This document shows positions 26,961-40,784 of a DNA stretch of 64,000 bases, one piece after another (position 1 is the stretch's first letter; each line of letters begins with the position of its first letter). The translations under genes were made by a program, and so were the position numbers. The DNA lies in the NCBI GenBank assembly GCA_951406725.2, contig OX597817.1, positions 90,954,001 through 91,018,000 on the forward strand, written 5' to 3'. The stretch comes from Octopus vulgaris (Eukaryota). The notes under the pieces are model-generated. The model searched no databases. It had not been told where the DNA came from and was given only the letters and a program-made list of their open reading frames with translations.

Positions 26961-27137
26961 TACAAAGGGGTACTGAAAGTTCTTGGCTTTGGTTAAAAGA
27001 AAATACAGCAGCAGTCATAAGTTAATTATTCAACATATTCCCCTCTCACATTCACATGCTTATTTGCAGTAGTTCTTCAGTTTTTCTCAGCTAGGCCTTT
27101 CACGATACCCTTAAAGCCAGGAACTTTTCAGCATCCC

Positions 27138-27142
<5 letters not shown>
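26961..27142. mobile_element. mariner-derived MITE
   Basis: TACAAAGGGGTACTGAAAGTTCTTGGCTTT ... AAAGCCAGGAACTTTTCAGCATCCCTTTG inverted ends. Confidence 0.65.
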
Positions 27143-27206
<64 letters not shown>

Positions 27207-27949
27207 AAAAATACTATAAATGCAATCTCATTTAGAATTAAATAAGTTAACCATTGCAGAAATTTGAAAAATAATAGATTGCAAATAGTTACTAGAATCT
27301 ACAGAATGATGATGTAAGATGATATTTTCTAGATTAGCTTATGATAAGGATGTGTAGAAAATAGGAAAGGTTATAAATAATAACAATAATTTAATTATAG
27401 TTGTAGTCTTTTATTTTCTACGTAAATCCAAAAGTGTAAATCTCTTCCGGTCTAATGGCAATATAACTGAAATTAGTAAACCATTAGGTGTCCTTCCAAA
27501 GATTGTGAAAATACTGGTTTGAAAATATATTGTTGTTCATGCAAGGAAATGTTACAAGTTTCAAATTACAACATTAATAAAAGTAAGGTTTATATAAATG
27601 TTATTATAGGAAATGAATTATACATATGTTTGTGTGTGTAATCAGTTGAGTGTTGAGTGTCAGATGTGGCAGAAGTGGGTAAGTGTTGCTGAGTTAAAAG
27701 AGAAGGGAATAACATGCACGCTTGTAATTTAGTGAAATAGAGATTATGGCAACTTGTTTATTCATTCAGATTAAACATGTTTTGTTGGTTAAGACAGCTG
27801 AGACTGTGAGTGGAGAAACGACCGATTCTTATTTGTTGAAGCTGCTCTGCTAGGTTATAGTTGAAAAAGAGCAGAAAAGGCTTGGAAATAGAAGTATCAA
27901 TATGCTGCTGTTCAGTCCAAGTGTGACATGGTGGCTGATGCACCAAGCG

Positions 27950-29050
27950 TAAAAAGGTAAGTAATATCAGGTGAAGGAGCAGGAAATTTGACAGGTCTCA
28001 TTTTTAGAAATATTGACATCAACTGGAAATCTCCATAGAAATGGTGCTAGTGACAGACAGTGCAGACAGTCTTTGAATGTTGTACAGTCTCTCTCGGGCA
28101 ACACTTGCTACACAACAGCAGAAAAAATAAATATATTAACTTAGTGCTGAAAAATGAAGAGAACAATATCATACATGCTGATATCAAGCTCTTCGGGAAG
28201 CAACCTCTTCCTGATAACCTCAAAACAGGTGAACTAACATACCTCAAAGAAGATCTGGATGTGAAATGCTCAATATACCAACAAAAAAAAAAGACCATGC
28301 ATGATCCCAAAGACTTGAAGAAGACAGTAATATTGACATGAAGCACAACCTCTCTTGGACTTGTGGCTACTGCATCACATAACACTTTAAATGCTATGCA
28401 TTTGCAACTGAAGAACAGAAAATTGCTACTAAATTCCTAATAAACAAAAAAGACAGTGAAGCCATTGGAGCTCCAAGATGCAACTGAAAATGTAGATTAT
28501 GTCATATATCTGTGGAAGACATCACACATGTGATTAGCATTTGCTCAAAAATGCCATCAAAGTACTAGCTCTCTATGCAACCTGACATAGTTGCAAAAGC
28601 AATATACAATGTCATTATAGAGAATACTCCTGTTATTGAATACATACACAAATATCAACACAAGGAATAATGGGGGAATATTCCCATCAAAACATCTGTC
28701 AAATATAAACATAAGAAGCTGGATATTGTTGTTTGGAACAGACAAAAAATATGTACCATCACAGAGGTCAGCTGTCCTGCTGATGTGAATATCTCTTTGA
28801 AAATAAAGCAAAAGAGGATAACTATGGACAACTGCTTTGAAACCTCCAGCTTCTATATTCAGATTATAAATTCACAATTGTACCATTAATAATTAGTGCA
28901 CTTCATTATGTGAGTAAATGTCTAAGTTACAATCTGGCTAAGCTAGAGTTTTCAGAAAAAGAAATTAACAAACTTGGACATTACAAATATGTGTCAGTAG
29001 AATTGTAAAATTATGCAAGACTTTTTTCACGTTTAGAATAGAATATCATT
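27950..29050 (+). mobile_element. Decayed R4/Dong-like LINE 3' part (zinc knuckle plus restriction-like endonuclease)
   Basis: EDITHVISICSKM..DIVAKAIYN and TITEVSCPADVNISLKIKQKEDNY..FTIVPLIISAL. Confidence 0.7.
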
Positions 29051-29149
29051 TTTGTTATCTACATTCTAGTAATGAAGCTTTGTATCCCCACAGGAAGAAT
29101 TTAAATAATTAAAAGCAGAAGAAAACATACATACATACATACATACATA

Positions 29150-29553
29150 GGCGTAGGTGTGGCTGTGTGGTAAGTAGCTTGCTTACGAACCACATGGTTC
29201 TGGGTTCAGTCCCACTGCGTGGCATCTTGGGCAAGTGTCTTCTACTATAGCCCCAGGCCAACCAAAGCCTTGTGAGTGGATTTGGTAGACGGAGACTGAA
29301 AGAAGTCTGTCATATATATGTATGTGTGTATATATGTTTGTGTGTCTGTGTTTGTTCCCCCAACATCACTTGACAACCTATGCTGGTGTGTTTACGTCCC
29401 TGTAACTTAGCGGTTTGGTAAAAGAGACCAATAGAATAAGTACTAGGCTTACAAAGAATAGGTCCTGGGGTTGATTTGCTCGACTAAAGGCGGTGCTTCA
29501 GCTTGGCCGCAGTCAAATGACTGAAACAAGTAAAAGAGAAAGAGAGTAAAGAG
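29150..29553 (+). mobile_element. Full-length tRNA-derived SINE (second family, with internal microsatellite)
   Basis: GGCTGTGTGGTAAG (A box), GGGTTCAGTCCC (B box), TTGGGCAAGTGTCTTC core, GACTGAAACAAGTAAAAGA tail. Copies at 46595, 51885 and 62460. Confidence 0.85.
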
Positions 29554-29807
29554 TACATACATACATACATCTATTATTGGCTCAGTGAAGATTTGTAAAA
29601 CATTCCACAAAGTCTCCATCTGAGATTCTTATGTGAATTGATGCACACACTTGGGTGTACGCATCGACAGCTGAACCTACACACCAAATCAGCTACATAA
29701 ACAACAGGAACTCTCTTAACTTAAAAAGTCTTGGTTGCCTTGTTTAGTAACTGGCTTGAAAGCTCTCTAGAAGAACTTAAATAAAACTCAAAGAAAAAGC
29801 ACACATG

Positions 29808-29880
<73 letters not shown>

Positions 29881-30038
29881 ATGCACACACACTCATATAT
29901 ATGTGTGTGAGTATGTATCTATGTATGTATAAGGTTTCCATACACCCAATAGATATGTATAAATACAGTCCAATATCTTCAGTATGTGCATTCTATCTGG
30001 TTTACCTCACTGTTTCTTTACATTCCACAATCATTATC

Positions 30039-30140
<102 letters not shown>

Positions 30141-30816
30141 ATCCATTTCATTTATCGCAAGTCCACTTCCTAGTGAAGTTTTCCTTGCTGTAGATATAAA
30201 GGCTGTTATTTAATGTAAACTCTATGGTACTTGCACTGCAGTGTGTGTGTATGTGTGCATCTGTTTGTGTGTGTGAGTGTGTATATGTGTACACGTGCAT
30301 GTTTGTTTCACCCTTAAGTCCATTTGGAAACAGGAGTCATTCTACTTCCTACCACACTACTCAACACTGTTCTTGTGACACGGTTTGTTACACAGCTTCT
30401 GATTGACTTTCACATCATAGCATTCTTCACTGCGCACACAAGCATACATGCTTACATTAACTTGCATACAACTACACCCTCACTTTCTTTATCTCTTTCA
30501 CTCTCTCTCTGTTTTTCCTTTTTATCTCTCTCTCTCTTTTTTCCATCTTATGCTATATTTCTCTTTCCCTCTGACAAATTCTGTTCTTTCTGTAACGAGC
30601 TTCTTTGATCCCCTCATTATCTCACCATTTTTTTTTTCATTTCTCTCTCTATAGTCTTCTCTTTCACTCCTGCTGTTTCTCTCTCCTCCTTTCTCTCCTC
30701 TTTCCTCTTCTCCCTCCTTTTAATATCTCCCTTTTCCTTTGCTTTTAATCTACCAATTTCACTACTTATATCTCTATCTATCTATCTATCTATCAATCTA
30801 TCTATCTATCTATCTA

Positions 30817-30859
<43 letters not shown>

Positions 30860-31727
30860 TTGTCTATCTATTTGTCTGTCAGTCTCTCTGTCTAGCTTCC
30901 CCACTCTTGTTATCCTTTCTCTATCCAACTCCAACTGTATCTCTCTCTCTCTCCTACTCTCCCCCCCACATTCTCAACACTTCTCACACCCTTTCCTCCC
31001 TCCCTACTCGAATGTTTTTCATTCACTCTGTCACTCTCTTTTATTTTCTCTTTCTCCATCTCCCTCTGTTCTTCTCTTCCTCTCCACATTTCTCCTTTAC
31101 TCCCTCCTCTTTCTCTCTGTCAGCCTTTCGATCTGTCTGTCTTCTGTCTATCTGCATGTGTGTGTGTGTCCGTCTGTCTCTGTTTCTTTCTTTCTCTCTC
31201 CCTCCCTTTCTCTCTCTCTGTTTTTCTCTCCCCCCACATCGGGACTTAATGAAAAATAAATAAGATTCCAGAAATTTAAACAAATTCTGGTTGCTTGCTG
31301 CTGTTGTTAATGTTATTTTCATTGCTGTTATTGTTTTTGTGGCTACTGTTGTTGTTGCTGTTGAGGTTACTGTTGTTATTATTGAAAGAGAAAGAGAGAG
31401 AGAGACGATAAGGAGAAGGAGAGAAAGAGAGCAGATAGGAATTTATTTACGCAAGAAATAACTGCAGTATAATTACAGGTATAAACGTATATATATATAT
31501 GATTCAGCTGAGAATTGAACCCACATCACCAACCTAATTTTCATGGTGTTTTCCAAACAGTCTGCAGTGCTTGAATTTGATTGGTCGATTGCTAGTTAAC
31601 TGAATCAGCAGCACACAGCTGGTATATCAATAAACAGCTGCACAACCAATGCACAGCACAGTCACTGCACAACAACAGTGCATAATTATGGCACCACATG
31701 GTACAGTACTGCAGTATTACACTGAAT

Positions 31728-31760
<33 letters not shown>

Positions 31761-32189
31761 ATTTATCTCTGGGTCAGCCTCAATCCTCTCAACTTATGAT
31801 CAAAATTATTACAGACATGACCAACTAGCTTAGCTTCCACTTTTCTCCTTTACTCCTCCCACCTCACTCTGTCTGCTTATCTATCTTCTTTCTGTCTATT
31901 TGTCTCTCTCTCTCTCTCTGTCTCTATCTCTCTATCTCTCTCTGTCCCTGTCTCTCTCATTACTATCTACAAGCTCCTTTCAAAACACAATAGGGTGTGT
32001 GAAATATGAGCGAATTGGCTGCTGTTTTTAGCATAGTTTATGGGCCACCTGTAAGCGTCTTTGCTGGATTGATATTTACAGTGTGGTAGTGCTTAGCAAC
32101 ACACTGCACTGCTCTATATGATATAACACTATACAACTCTACCCTACACCACATTACACTGCACTACTTCATGCCATACTACTCAACTT

Positions 32190-32607
32190 GGTAGTAATTT
32201 TGAGGCCAGCAATTTTGAGGGAGTGGGTAAGTCGATTACATCGACCCAGTACTCACTCAACTGGTACTTGTTTTATCAACCCTGAAACTGGAACTTATTT
32301 TATTGACCTTGGTAGAATTTGAACTCAGAATATAAAGATGGATGAAATATCACAAAGCATTTTGCCTAGCATGCTAACAATCCTACCAGCTTACCACCTT
32401 AGTATTGCAGAGTATATTGGTTTCAAATTTAGCACAAGGCCAGCAATTTGGGGGAAGTGGGTAAGGCAATTACATTGACCCCCAGTAGCCTTCTGACACT
32501 TATTTTATTGAATGCAAAAGGATGGAAGTTGAGCTCAGTAAAATTTGAACTCAGAATATAAAGTATTTTGCCTGGCATGCTAACGATTCTTCCAGCTCAC
32601 TGCCGTA
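32190..32607 (-). mobile_element. Two tandem SINE copies (family of 9290-9688)
   Basis: Repeated AATTTGAACTCAGAA..CATGCTAAC..CCAGCT blocks. Confidence 0.75.
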
Positions 32608-33319
32608 ACTACTCTAGATGATATTGCCTTGTTTTCTGTTTTATAAGCATCAGCAATCTTGAATCCTGTACCTAAGTCTGAAGGTACATGATTTTTTTTT
32701 GTTTTTTGTTTCTTTGGTTGGGGGTGTGTGGAAATACAACAGTGGTTTCCCATTATCTTCTCTGAGTTTATTTACAGTTTACTCTTCTAGTCCCCCTGCT
32801 CTCATAGGCCTCTTTCTTGAAACACAGAGCCTATTTAGCCCTTGTGCTTCAGAACTGGTTCATATAACATCAAGTCATATTGAGACTGTGTGACTAATAT
32901 CTAAGAGTTTAGCCCTTCTCCAAGTCCTGAATATTTTAGACACAAGGGCTTCTTTGGCACATAATAGGGGAAGCGCTATATTTCCCAAATTTCTTGAATC
33001 CAACACTAAATCTAGTTTAACCCTATAGCATTCAGATTATTCTTTTGATGTAATGCTTATCTCTTCACATTGTTTCTTGAATTATATGAATTAATCATTC
33101 AGCATGTTAGAAATAGCTGCCAAATTTCCCTAAAATCATATCCTACTATTTTCAATGATAACAGACTCCTTCAATAATGTAGTTCTTGATATATCTCAGG
33201 AAAAAAACATTAGGATGTACACAACCAAAAGGCATGATTTTGATGAGGGTCTACTTGATCACAATTAATTTGAGCTAATAAACAACACACTTTCTGTATT
33301 ATGTTTACCATACAATATG

Positions 33320-33525
33320 AGACTGGCAAAAGGTGGCAAGCATGCCGGGTGAACTGCTTAGTGGCATTTCATCTGTCTGTATGTTCTGATTTCAAATTCC
33401 GCTGTGGTCAACTTTGCCTTTCATCTTTTGGGGTTGATAAAATAAGTACCAGTTGAACACTGGGCTTGATCTAATTGACTTACCCCTCCCCCAGAATTGC
33501 TAGCCTTGTGTCAAAATTTGAATCT
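33320..33525 (+). mobile_element. SINE copy (family of 9290-9688)
   Basis: TTCAAATTCC..CTTTGCCTTTCATCTTTTGGGGTTGATAAAATAAGTACCAG. Confidence 0.8.
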
Positions 33526-33836
33526 AATATCAGACTGGGTTACACCATGTTATATCATGCTACATTTTACAGTGTTATATTACACTACATAACATTAATG
33601 TATAACCACTTAAACAAAACAGTAATACACTACAAACAGTGTAACACAGGAGTTTGAAGTACTGCACAGTTCAATGTGGCTCAACATAGTATGACACTGT
33701 AGTGTAACACTGCACTTCTTAATATGCAAAGCAATACTCACTGCTTGTTACAGCAATACATTACTCAAAATTTCAAAGGTTAATATACAACATTGCATTG
33801 CTCATATGATATGATCTTCATGTCAAACACTGTCTT

Positions 33837-34170
33837 AGACAGATTTTACTCCACTAACTCCACTCAAATCAAACAGTTCCTGAAACAGATGTTTCTTCAG
33901 TAACTCTGCTGAAGTTAAAGAAAATCTCCACAGATTCTACTCCAGTAACTCCACTGACAAACATTACTTCACTAACTTCACTCAAATCAAACACCACTAC
34001 TAGATAGGTATTCCTCAACTGATTCCACTCAAGTCAAACAGTGCCACAAACAGAAGTTCCTCCACAACTTCACTCAAGTAAAACACCATCACTAGCAACT
34101 CTTCTTCCACTGATTCCACTCAAAACAAACACCACTATAGATAGAATCCTTCCTTGATTCCACTCATAAC
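33837..34170. repeat. Degenerate ~46-bp minisatellite, about 8 units
   Basis: YTCCACTCAA-TCAAACA anchor recurs at about 33858, 33904, 33950, 33976, 34023, 34068, 34114 and 34158. Confidence 0.7.
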
Positions 34171-35537
34171 TATGTTTCAAAATATAGAAACATACGTCAG
34201 TAGATCCTCTCTCCATTTTGTAATGCTGAGATCAACTCAGCTCACTTCCAACCCTTTTTATACTCTCTCTCTGTCTCTCTCTCTCTGTCTCCCAGAAATA
34301 TATACATATATGGAGAGAGGGGAGGAAGAGAAGATAAGAGCATAATAGAAAGAGAAAAAGAGTGAGGAGGAGAAAGACAGGAGAAAAAGAGAGAAAGCGA
34401 GAGAATGCGTGTTTGTGCGTATGTTTAAAGTACGTTGCTCTTTAATCATCAGAGAACACACTTTTGCATTTCATTCAGAAAACACCTGCTGAATTAACCT
34501 CCCTCCTCTTTCTTTCTCTTCTTCACACTTCACCTACAACACCAACGCCACCTTCTCAACACCTTCCTGCTGAGGTAGTGGCGGCGGCAGTGGTGGGCAT
34601 ACTAAGAGTAATATAAATCAAGGTGAACAGATAAAAGACAGACAGAAGCTGTGTACATGCATGGTTCAGTGTGTGCACGTGTGTGCATGTGTGTGTGTAT
34701 GTGTGTGTGTATGTGTGTGTGTGTGTACAGGTTTATGTGTGTATACAGTATAGTGCAATGCAGTTAGTATGTTAAGCGTACATGCAGCTAGTAAAATTAT
34801 ATTTGTGGATATGTACTTGTACCTATGTTACTGTGGTCAGTATAGCTGAGTGGTTGTATGATTGTGTGTGGTTGCATACGAGTGTGTGTGTGCGTGCATG
34901 TAGTAGCATGTGTGTATAATATACTGTAGTTTACGTTTTGGTCATTAGCTTTAAATTTAAATAGTGCATGTACAAACAAGCACAGTGAATTTATATTTAT
35001 ATGGCTGGATATGCATGACTGTATGTATAAGTGTGAGTGTGTGCAAAAGCATGTGCATTTGTGCATATGAGTGAGTGCACAGTGCAGATGGTGCAGCAGT
35101 TACTTGCTCATACAACTAGTGTACATATATCTAATATAGTGAAATTGTGCATGTATATGTGTATGAGACAGTGTATGTGAGTGTGTGTGTGTGTGTGTGT
35201 GCGTGCACACATGTTGCAGGAGATGAAGTAGTTGCCTGCATATGCAACTAGTGCATATGACATATACATCAAGAAAGCTTCAATATGCTTGCATGACCTC
35301 CAAGAAATGGTAGCCAGATTCACATCAATCACACAGTACTTTGTAAAAGAAGGACACATTGACTAATGTGGTTATAGTTAAACTGTGATCAAAAATAAGA
35401 TGTGATGGTCATGGTTGGAAAGATGTTGATAAAAGGTTTGTTAATTTAGGACAGATTTGGGGAAAAATCTGTGCATTTAGCCATGCTAGATTGCATATGT
35501 ATGCATATTTGTCTATGTAACTGTGTATGTGTGTGCA

Positions 35538-35568
<31 letters not shown>

Positions 35569-35790
35569 GTTTATGTAATGCGGTGTTGTAGAGAGCAGAA
35601 ACAATGCACATGAAACTATGAATACAACTATCACAGTTATATAAATATATATATGTGTATGCATTTGGGAACACACATGCACAGAAACACATATATACTT
35701 ATGTATATATATATATATATATATATATACTTATATGTATTCAACATATACTTATGTGTGTGTATTTATCTATATATGTATATATACTTT

Positions 35791-35862
<72 letters not shown>

Positions 35863-36424
35863 ATTATATATATATACATACATATATTCATGCATGTATA
35901 TGTGTGTATATATATATATTATAATAATATAAATAATATATAAATATATGCATATATACATACATATATGTACATACCTATATTTATATGTATATATACA
36001 TGCATATATGGGTACAGGACATCAAAAAAACGTTGAATTCAATGAGAAATGAAAGCATTAAAAAAAACATGGAAACAAACTATTTTTTAAACAACGAAAA
36101 AACAGAGTACAAGACATACAACACAAAAGAATATTCCCTTTCTTCAGTTGTCCCTGTTTCATCTACTCTGCGTTTTGAAGGTAAGGACAAGACGCGACTT
36201 CATTGAAACAGTCCTTCCCGCAAATTAAATTAAATAAAATTTGGGATTTTTGCGGAGGGGTAAAAGTGGTAACAAGAACAGGACAGTAAGAACAAAACAA
36301 GACAGTAAAAGCAATAAAAGTAAAAACAGTAAAAGACAGAACAAAGAGAATAACACAGTAAAACCAACGATGAGGGCTGTTAAGCCAAGACAATGGAAAA
36401 ATTGTGTGTGTGTGCATATATATA

Positions 36425-37459
36425 TTGGGTCATCCCAAAAATGATGTTGGTTTCTCAATTGCATGAAATAAACGTTAGAGTGTGGTGGTGGGGGGGGGGA
36501 TAAACTACCTGCATCAACTTACTGTAAAAGTAGGTAGTAATTTTACCTTGTACTTATTTTTAGTGCAAGTTTTGAAGAGTGCAGTTTGCTTTTAACAATT
36601 AATTTTTTGAAGCTATAATGGAAGAGACAAAGGAGTATATTCAGCACATTTTGCTTTATGAGTTCATTAAAGGCAACAACACAACAGAAAGTGCAGGAAA
36701 TATTAATGCAGTATATGGGGATCAGACAATAAGTGTATGCCAGTGTCAACAGTGGTTTCAGAAGTTCTTAGCCGGAAACTACAGCCTAAAAGATGAGCCT
36801 CATCCTGGAAGATTTGTAGAGCTCGACGAGGACGTCCTGCAAATCCTGGTGGAACAAAATCCCATCGTAACTGTTGAGGAACTAGCAGGAAAGCTTGGAT
36901 TTGGTCATTCAACCATTTATTGACATTTGCATGCCATCACAAAGTCAGTAAATTGGGTCAATGGGTTCCTCTCAAACTTTCCGAGTCTAATTGTGTGCAG
37001 AGAGTGAATGTGTGCTCCTCTTTGCTGTCACATCTCACGAATGAACCTTTTTAGGACTGAATATTGACTGGTGATGAGAAATGGGTTCTCTATAAAAGTG
37101 TCAAGTGCCAAAGGGAAAGGAGAAACACTTGCACTCCAGGCTAAGAAAGGCCTTCGCCCATGTAAGGTGTTGTTATCTATTTGGTGGGATATAAATGGTT
37201 TAATCCACTTTGAAATTTTATACCCAAACCAAGTGATAACAAAGGAGTTCTATTGTGAGCAGCTTCAGCAACATGAATCAGGGCTAAAAGAAAAATGACC
37301 ATCTTTGGTTTCAAGATGAAAGGTATTCTTCCATCAGGATAATGCTCAGCTACATACAGTGAGGATGACATTCCAATGGCTGGAGCAGTTTGAATGGGAA
37401 ATGATACGCCACCCACCATATTCACTGGACATTGTCCCATCTGATTATCATTTATTTAT
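36425..37459 (+). mobile_element. mariner (DD34D) transposon, 5' portion, pseudogenised
   Basis: TA followed by TIR TTGGGTCATCC; HILLYEF..WFQKF..LKDEPHPGR, WVPLKL, TGDEKW, HQDNA, HPPYSLDIVPSDYHLF. Confidence 0.92.
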
Positions 37460-37814
37460 ATGAGCGCTTCTACGTGGCATTAGTACAAGTACTTTTTATG
37501 CGGCACCAACACAGGGCTCTTGCAGGCCAATCCTCTTCATCAAGGAGAGAAGCATTAACACTTCTGCTGTGGAGGACAGATATTCTTGATTATAACAAGG
37601 CAGCAGATATCTCAGTCCTTTATCATCTCCTCCAATAAGTTCAGTGTCCTGAGGTCCATCAGTACTTCATCCCAGATCTTCCTGGGTCTCCCTCTTCTAC
37701 AAGTTTCATCCACTTTGAATGATTGGCGCTTCAGTATGGAGCTATAAACATCCATCCATATCACATGACCAAATCAGCGTAGTCTTCTCTCTTGCACACT
37801 GCATCTAATTCCTC

Positions 37815-37815
<1 letters not shown>
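37460..37815 (-). mobile_element. RTE LINE 3' fragment inside the inversion; its UTR continues at 38569-38750 (+)
   Basis: Minus strand VQERRLR*FGHV..GRPRKIWDEV followed by GCCACGTA-type UTR repeats. Confidence 0.7.
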
Positions 37816-37846
<31 letters not shown>

Positions 37847-38328
37847 GTCTTCATATTATAAAGAGGATAGAACTTCAATCGGCTACAAAGCAAAGGACTA
37901 GGGAAAGATTGATGCAAAGAATATCATTACGGGAGCATATTTGAAATGACATAATTAGAGTATATAGCAGAGTGAATGATGTAATTGCAGAATACTGAAA
38001 AAAAGTTTTGCTGGGTCGAACATGTTGCAAGATTCAAAGACAACAGGTGGACCTGACAGTTGACAAATGGTATCCAAGAGATTAGAAAAGACTATTTAGA
38101 AGACCTCCACCATGATAGAAAGATAATCTCTAATTAAACAATTTGGATCAGTACAATCAAGACAGAATTGGAAGCACATAGTAACCAGCAGAGCATGACA
38201 GCATCTGATGGTCTGATTGATTGATTGATATTGTGAAAGAGTGATATATATATATATATATATATATCTGTGTGTGTGTCTGTTTGTGTTTGTAGGTATA
38301 TATGAATACATTGATATAAATATATATA

Positions 38329-38568
38329 TTGGGTCTTCCTATAAATAATGCGTTTTTTTTATGCTTTTATTTTTCAAAATTAAGATAAACAAAGTTTTTT
38401 TTTATCTAAATCATACTCTCCTTCATTTTCTACATTGCTCTTCCATCTATCTGATAGGCTTGTAAGGCCCCTCCTCTAAAATTCACTTGTCTGTGAGGAA
38501 AAATACTCCTCCAGTACTGTTCTGATCTCGTCTACAGAATTTTTGTGTCCAAATGATTTTGAAGACAT
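38329..38568 (-). mobile_element. mariner 3' portion and second TIR, inverted
   Basis: Minus strand LQNHLD..SVDEIRTVLEEYFSSQTSEF*RRGLTSLSDRWKSNVENEGEY, then TIR (TTGGGTCTTCC on + at 38329). Confidence 0.88.
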
Positions 38569-39733
38569 GTGGGTGACACATAAAAAGTCGCCATCACACT
38601 CTGTAAAGTCATCAACATTAGGAAGGGCTTCCAGCTGTACAAACCAAGCCAAATCAGACTGGAACCTGGTGTAGCTCTCCGGCTTGCTAGTTCTGGTCTA
38701 ACCACCCAGCACATGCCAGCATGGAAAACAGATATTAAAAAATGATGATACATCTATATACACATACACATTGTACAAATGTGTGTGTATGTATTTATAC
38801 ACACACACACACACACACACAGATGGCTATCTATAACCATCTGTGTATCATACTTAATGCAAGTACAGAAATATATCACAAAAAGGCAAATTAACTATGA
38901 TATTCATCTGGAGATAATATTGCATATGGATGTGCCATACTCACAAACATGAATATATTAGTAACAGATAAAAATCCTTCCAGAGCAGTGATGAGAATGC
39001 TAGATGTACACTCCTGTCTCATTGGACTTTGTCAGTAGCATTCACTACAGAAATGTGCATCTATTATTCTCACCACCACTACTGGACAATCTTTATCTAC
39101 TACTGTTTTTGTTGTATTTTTAAACATAGTTTATTCACAAGTGATATTATCTCCAGATAAATACTGTTGTTAATTTACCTTTCCATGAAGTATATGTATT
39201 AAGTATGATACATGGATGGCTATTTTAAACTGTTACTGTTTCAGTTGCATATAGTGTATTTTTATTCAGTTTGGCAGCAAATTGTAATGCTAGTGATTTT
39301 TGAATCATTGTTTTCCTATATCAGTTGCAAGAGAGTTTGTCTTAGCATGTGACTGGCAGTAAGGCTATGCTACTGACAAAACCAACTGAGACAGAAGTGT
39401 GCATCAAGCATTCTTGCCAGGTGTGGTGGAAAGATTTTTGTCTGCTACTAATAATATATTTGTGCTTTTCAGCACAGCACATCCACCAGAGATATTATCT
39501 CTAGATGAATGCCACAGTTAATATGCCTTTTCATGATGTATTAATTATGATAAACCAAATATTAATTTAATCTAATATTCATTCTGTTGCATATAATGGA
39601 TATATACATACACACACACACATTCATGTATATGTGTGTGTGTGTGTGTGTGCATATGTATATATATATATGTGTATATATATATATATATATATAAATG
39701 AAAGAATGGAATTGAACGAAGATGTTAACAAAA

Positions 39734-39830
39734 TTCCTTTACTCTCGACATATGTTTCGAAGACAACATGGTTTCATTCCAAAGGAATAAAGGGTGCATT
39801 ATGCAATCTTCTCATCAGGAAAGAAAGGGA
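39734..39830 (-). ncRNA. Type I hammerhead ribozyme motif, intact core
   Basis: CCUUUCUUUC-CUGAUGA-GAAGA-(43 nt)-UCUUC-GAAACAUAUGUC-GAGAGUAAAGG. Helix I is 10 bp with one bulge, helix II 5 bp, helix III palindromic, GUC cleavage site. Confidence 0.75.
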
Positions 39831-40784
39831 GCCTCTCTCAACAACAAGACAAACAAAAAATTTGATGACTGCCTACATGGTAAACAAAACGATAATGAGT
39901 GCTTTTAAAAAAAACCGTCAGAAGAATTGATGTCAAAGATAGATAGTAGGAAGAGAAGGGTTAAAGGAATAATAGGTAGGGAACAAGTGGAGAGTAAAGG
40001 AATTTTGTTAACATCTTTGTTCGACTCCATTCTTTCATTTATTCATATACAACACCCAAATTTCTGCACATGAACCTGGAGTTTCTACCCTTGGACAGGT
40101 CGCTCCAACCGTGTTTCTGACGTGAATTTGCTACCCAGGTTTTGGTTCAACGAATTTTCCATGCTGACGATAAACATAGGATAATTCATTCACCTATCTA
40201 TATATATATATATATGTATGTATGTATATATATATATATATGTGTATGTATGCATATATATCCCTCTCTAACTCTCTCAGAGAAGCACAAGCACCTACAC
40301 ACACATATACACAAGCGCGGCAGTAACCTCAGCCTACCAAATTCAGTTACAAAGCTTCGGTTGGCCCAGGGCTATAGCAGAAGACATTTGCCCTAGGTGC
40401 CATATGGTGGGACTAAACCTGAAACCATATAGCTGGAAAGCAAGCTTCCTAACCACACAGACATGCCCGCACCTACTTAAAAAAATGTATATACATATGT
40501 GTGTATAAATATATATATATACACACACACACATATATATGTGTGTGTATGTATATATACGCACACACACACACACACAAATATACATACAGTAATCACT
40601 CGCCACATCACGGTTCATCTATCATGCCCTCAGTACATTGCACATTTTTCTAGCTACTATATGTAAATTTATAGCGTGGACTCCTCAATATACCATGGGT
40701 GTCTGTGGCTGAAAGGTATGTATATTTTTTAGATTTTAATTATTTCTGTGGTAAAATAAGCATTCTCATGCCTAAAAATTAATT

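Noticed and set aside
33837-34170. CRISPR-like periodicity
   Set aside because: Eukaryotic context, degenerate repeats, mutually similar spacers and no cas genes.
34430-34640. Unique islands (also 975-1100 and 18830-18965) as possible exons or enhancers
   Set aside because: No paired splice sites or recognisable ORF. Conservation data would be needed.
36135-36185. Minus-strand CTGAAGA with upstream CCTTCAAAACG (possible permuted HHR)
   Set aside because: No intact GAAA and no convincing helices I or III.
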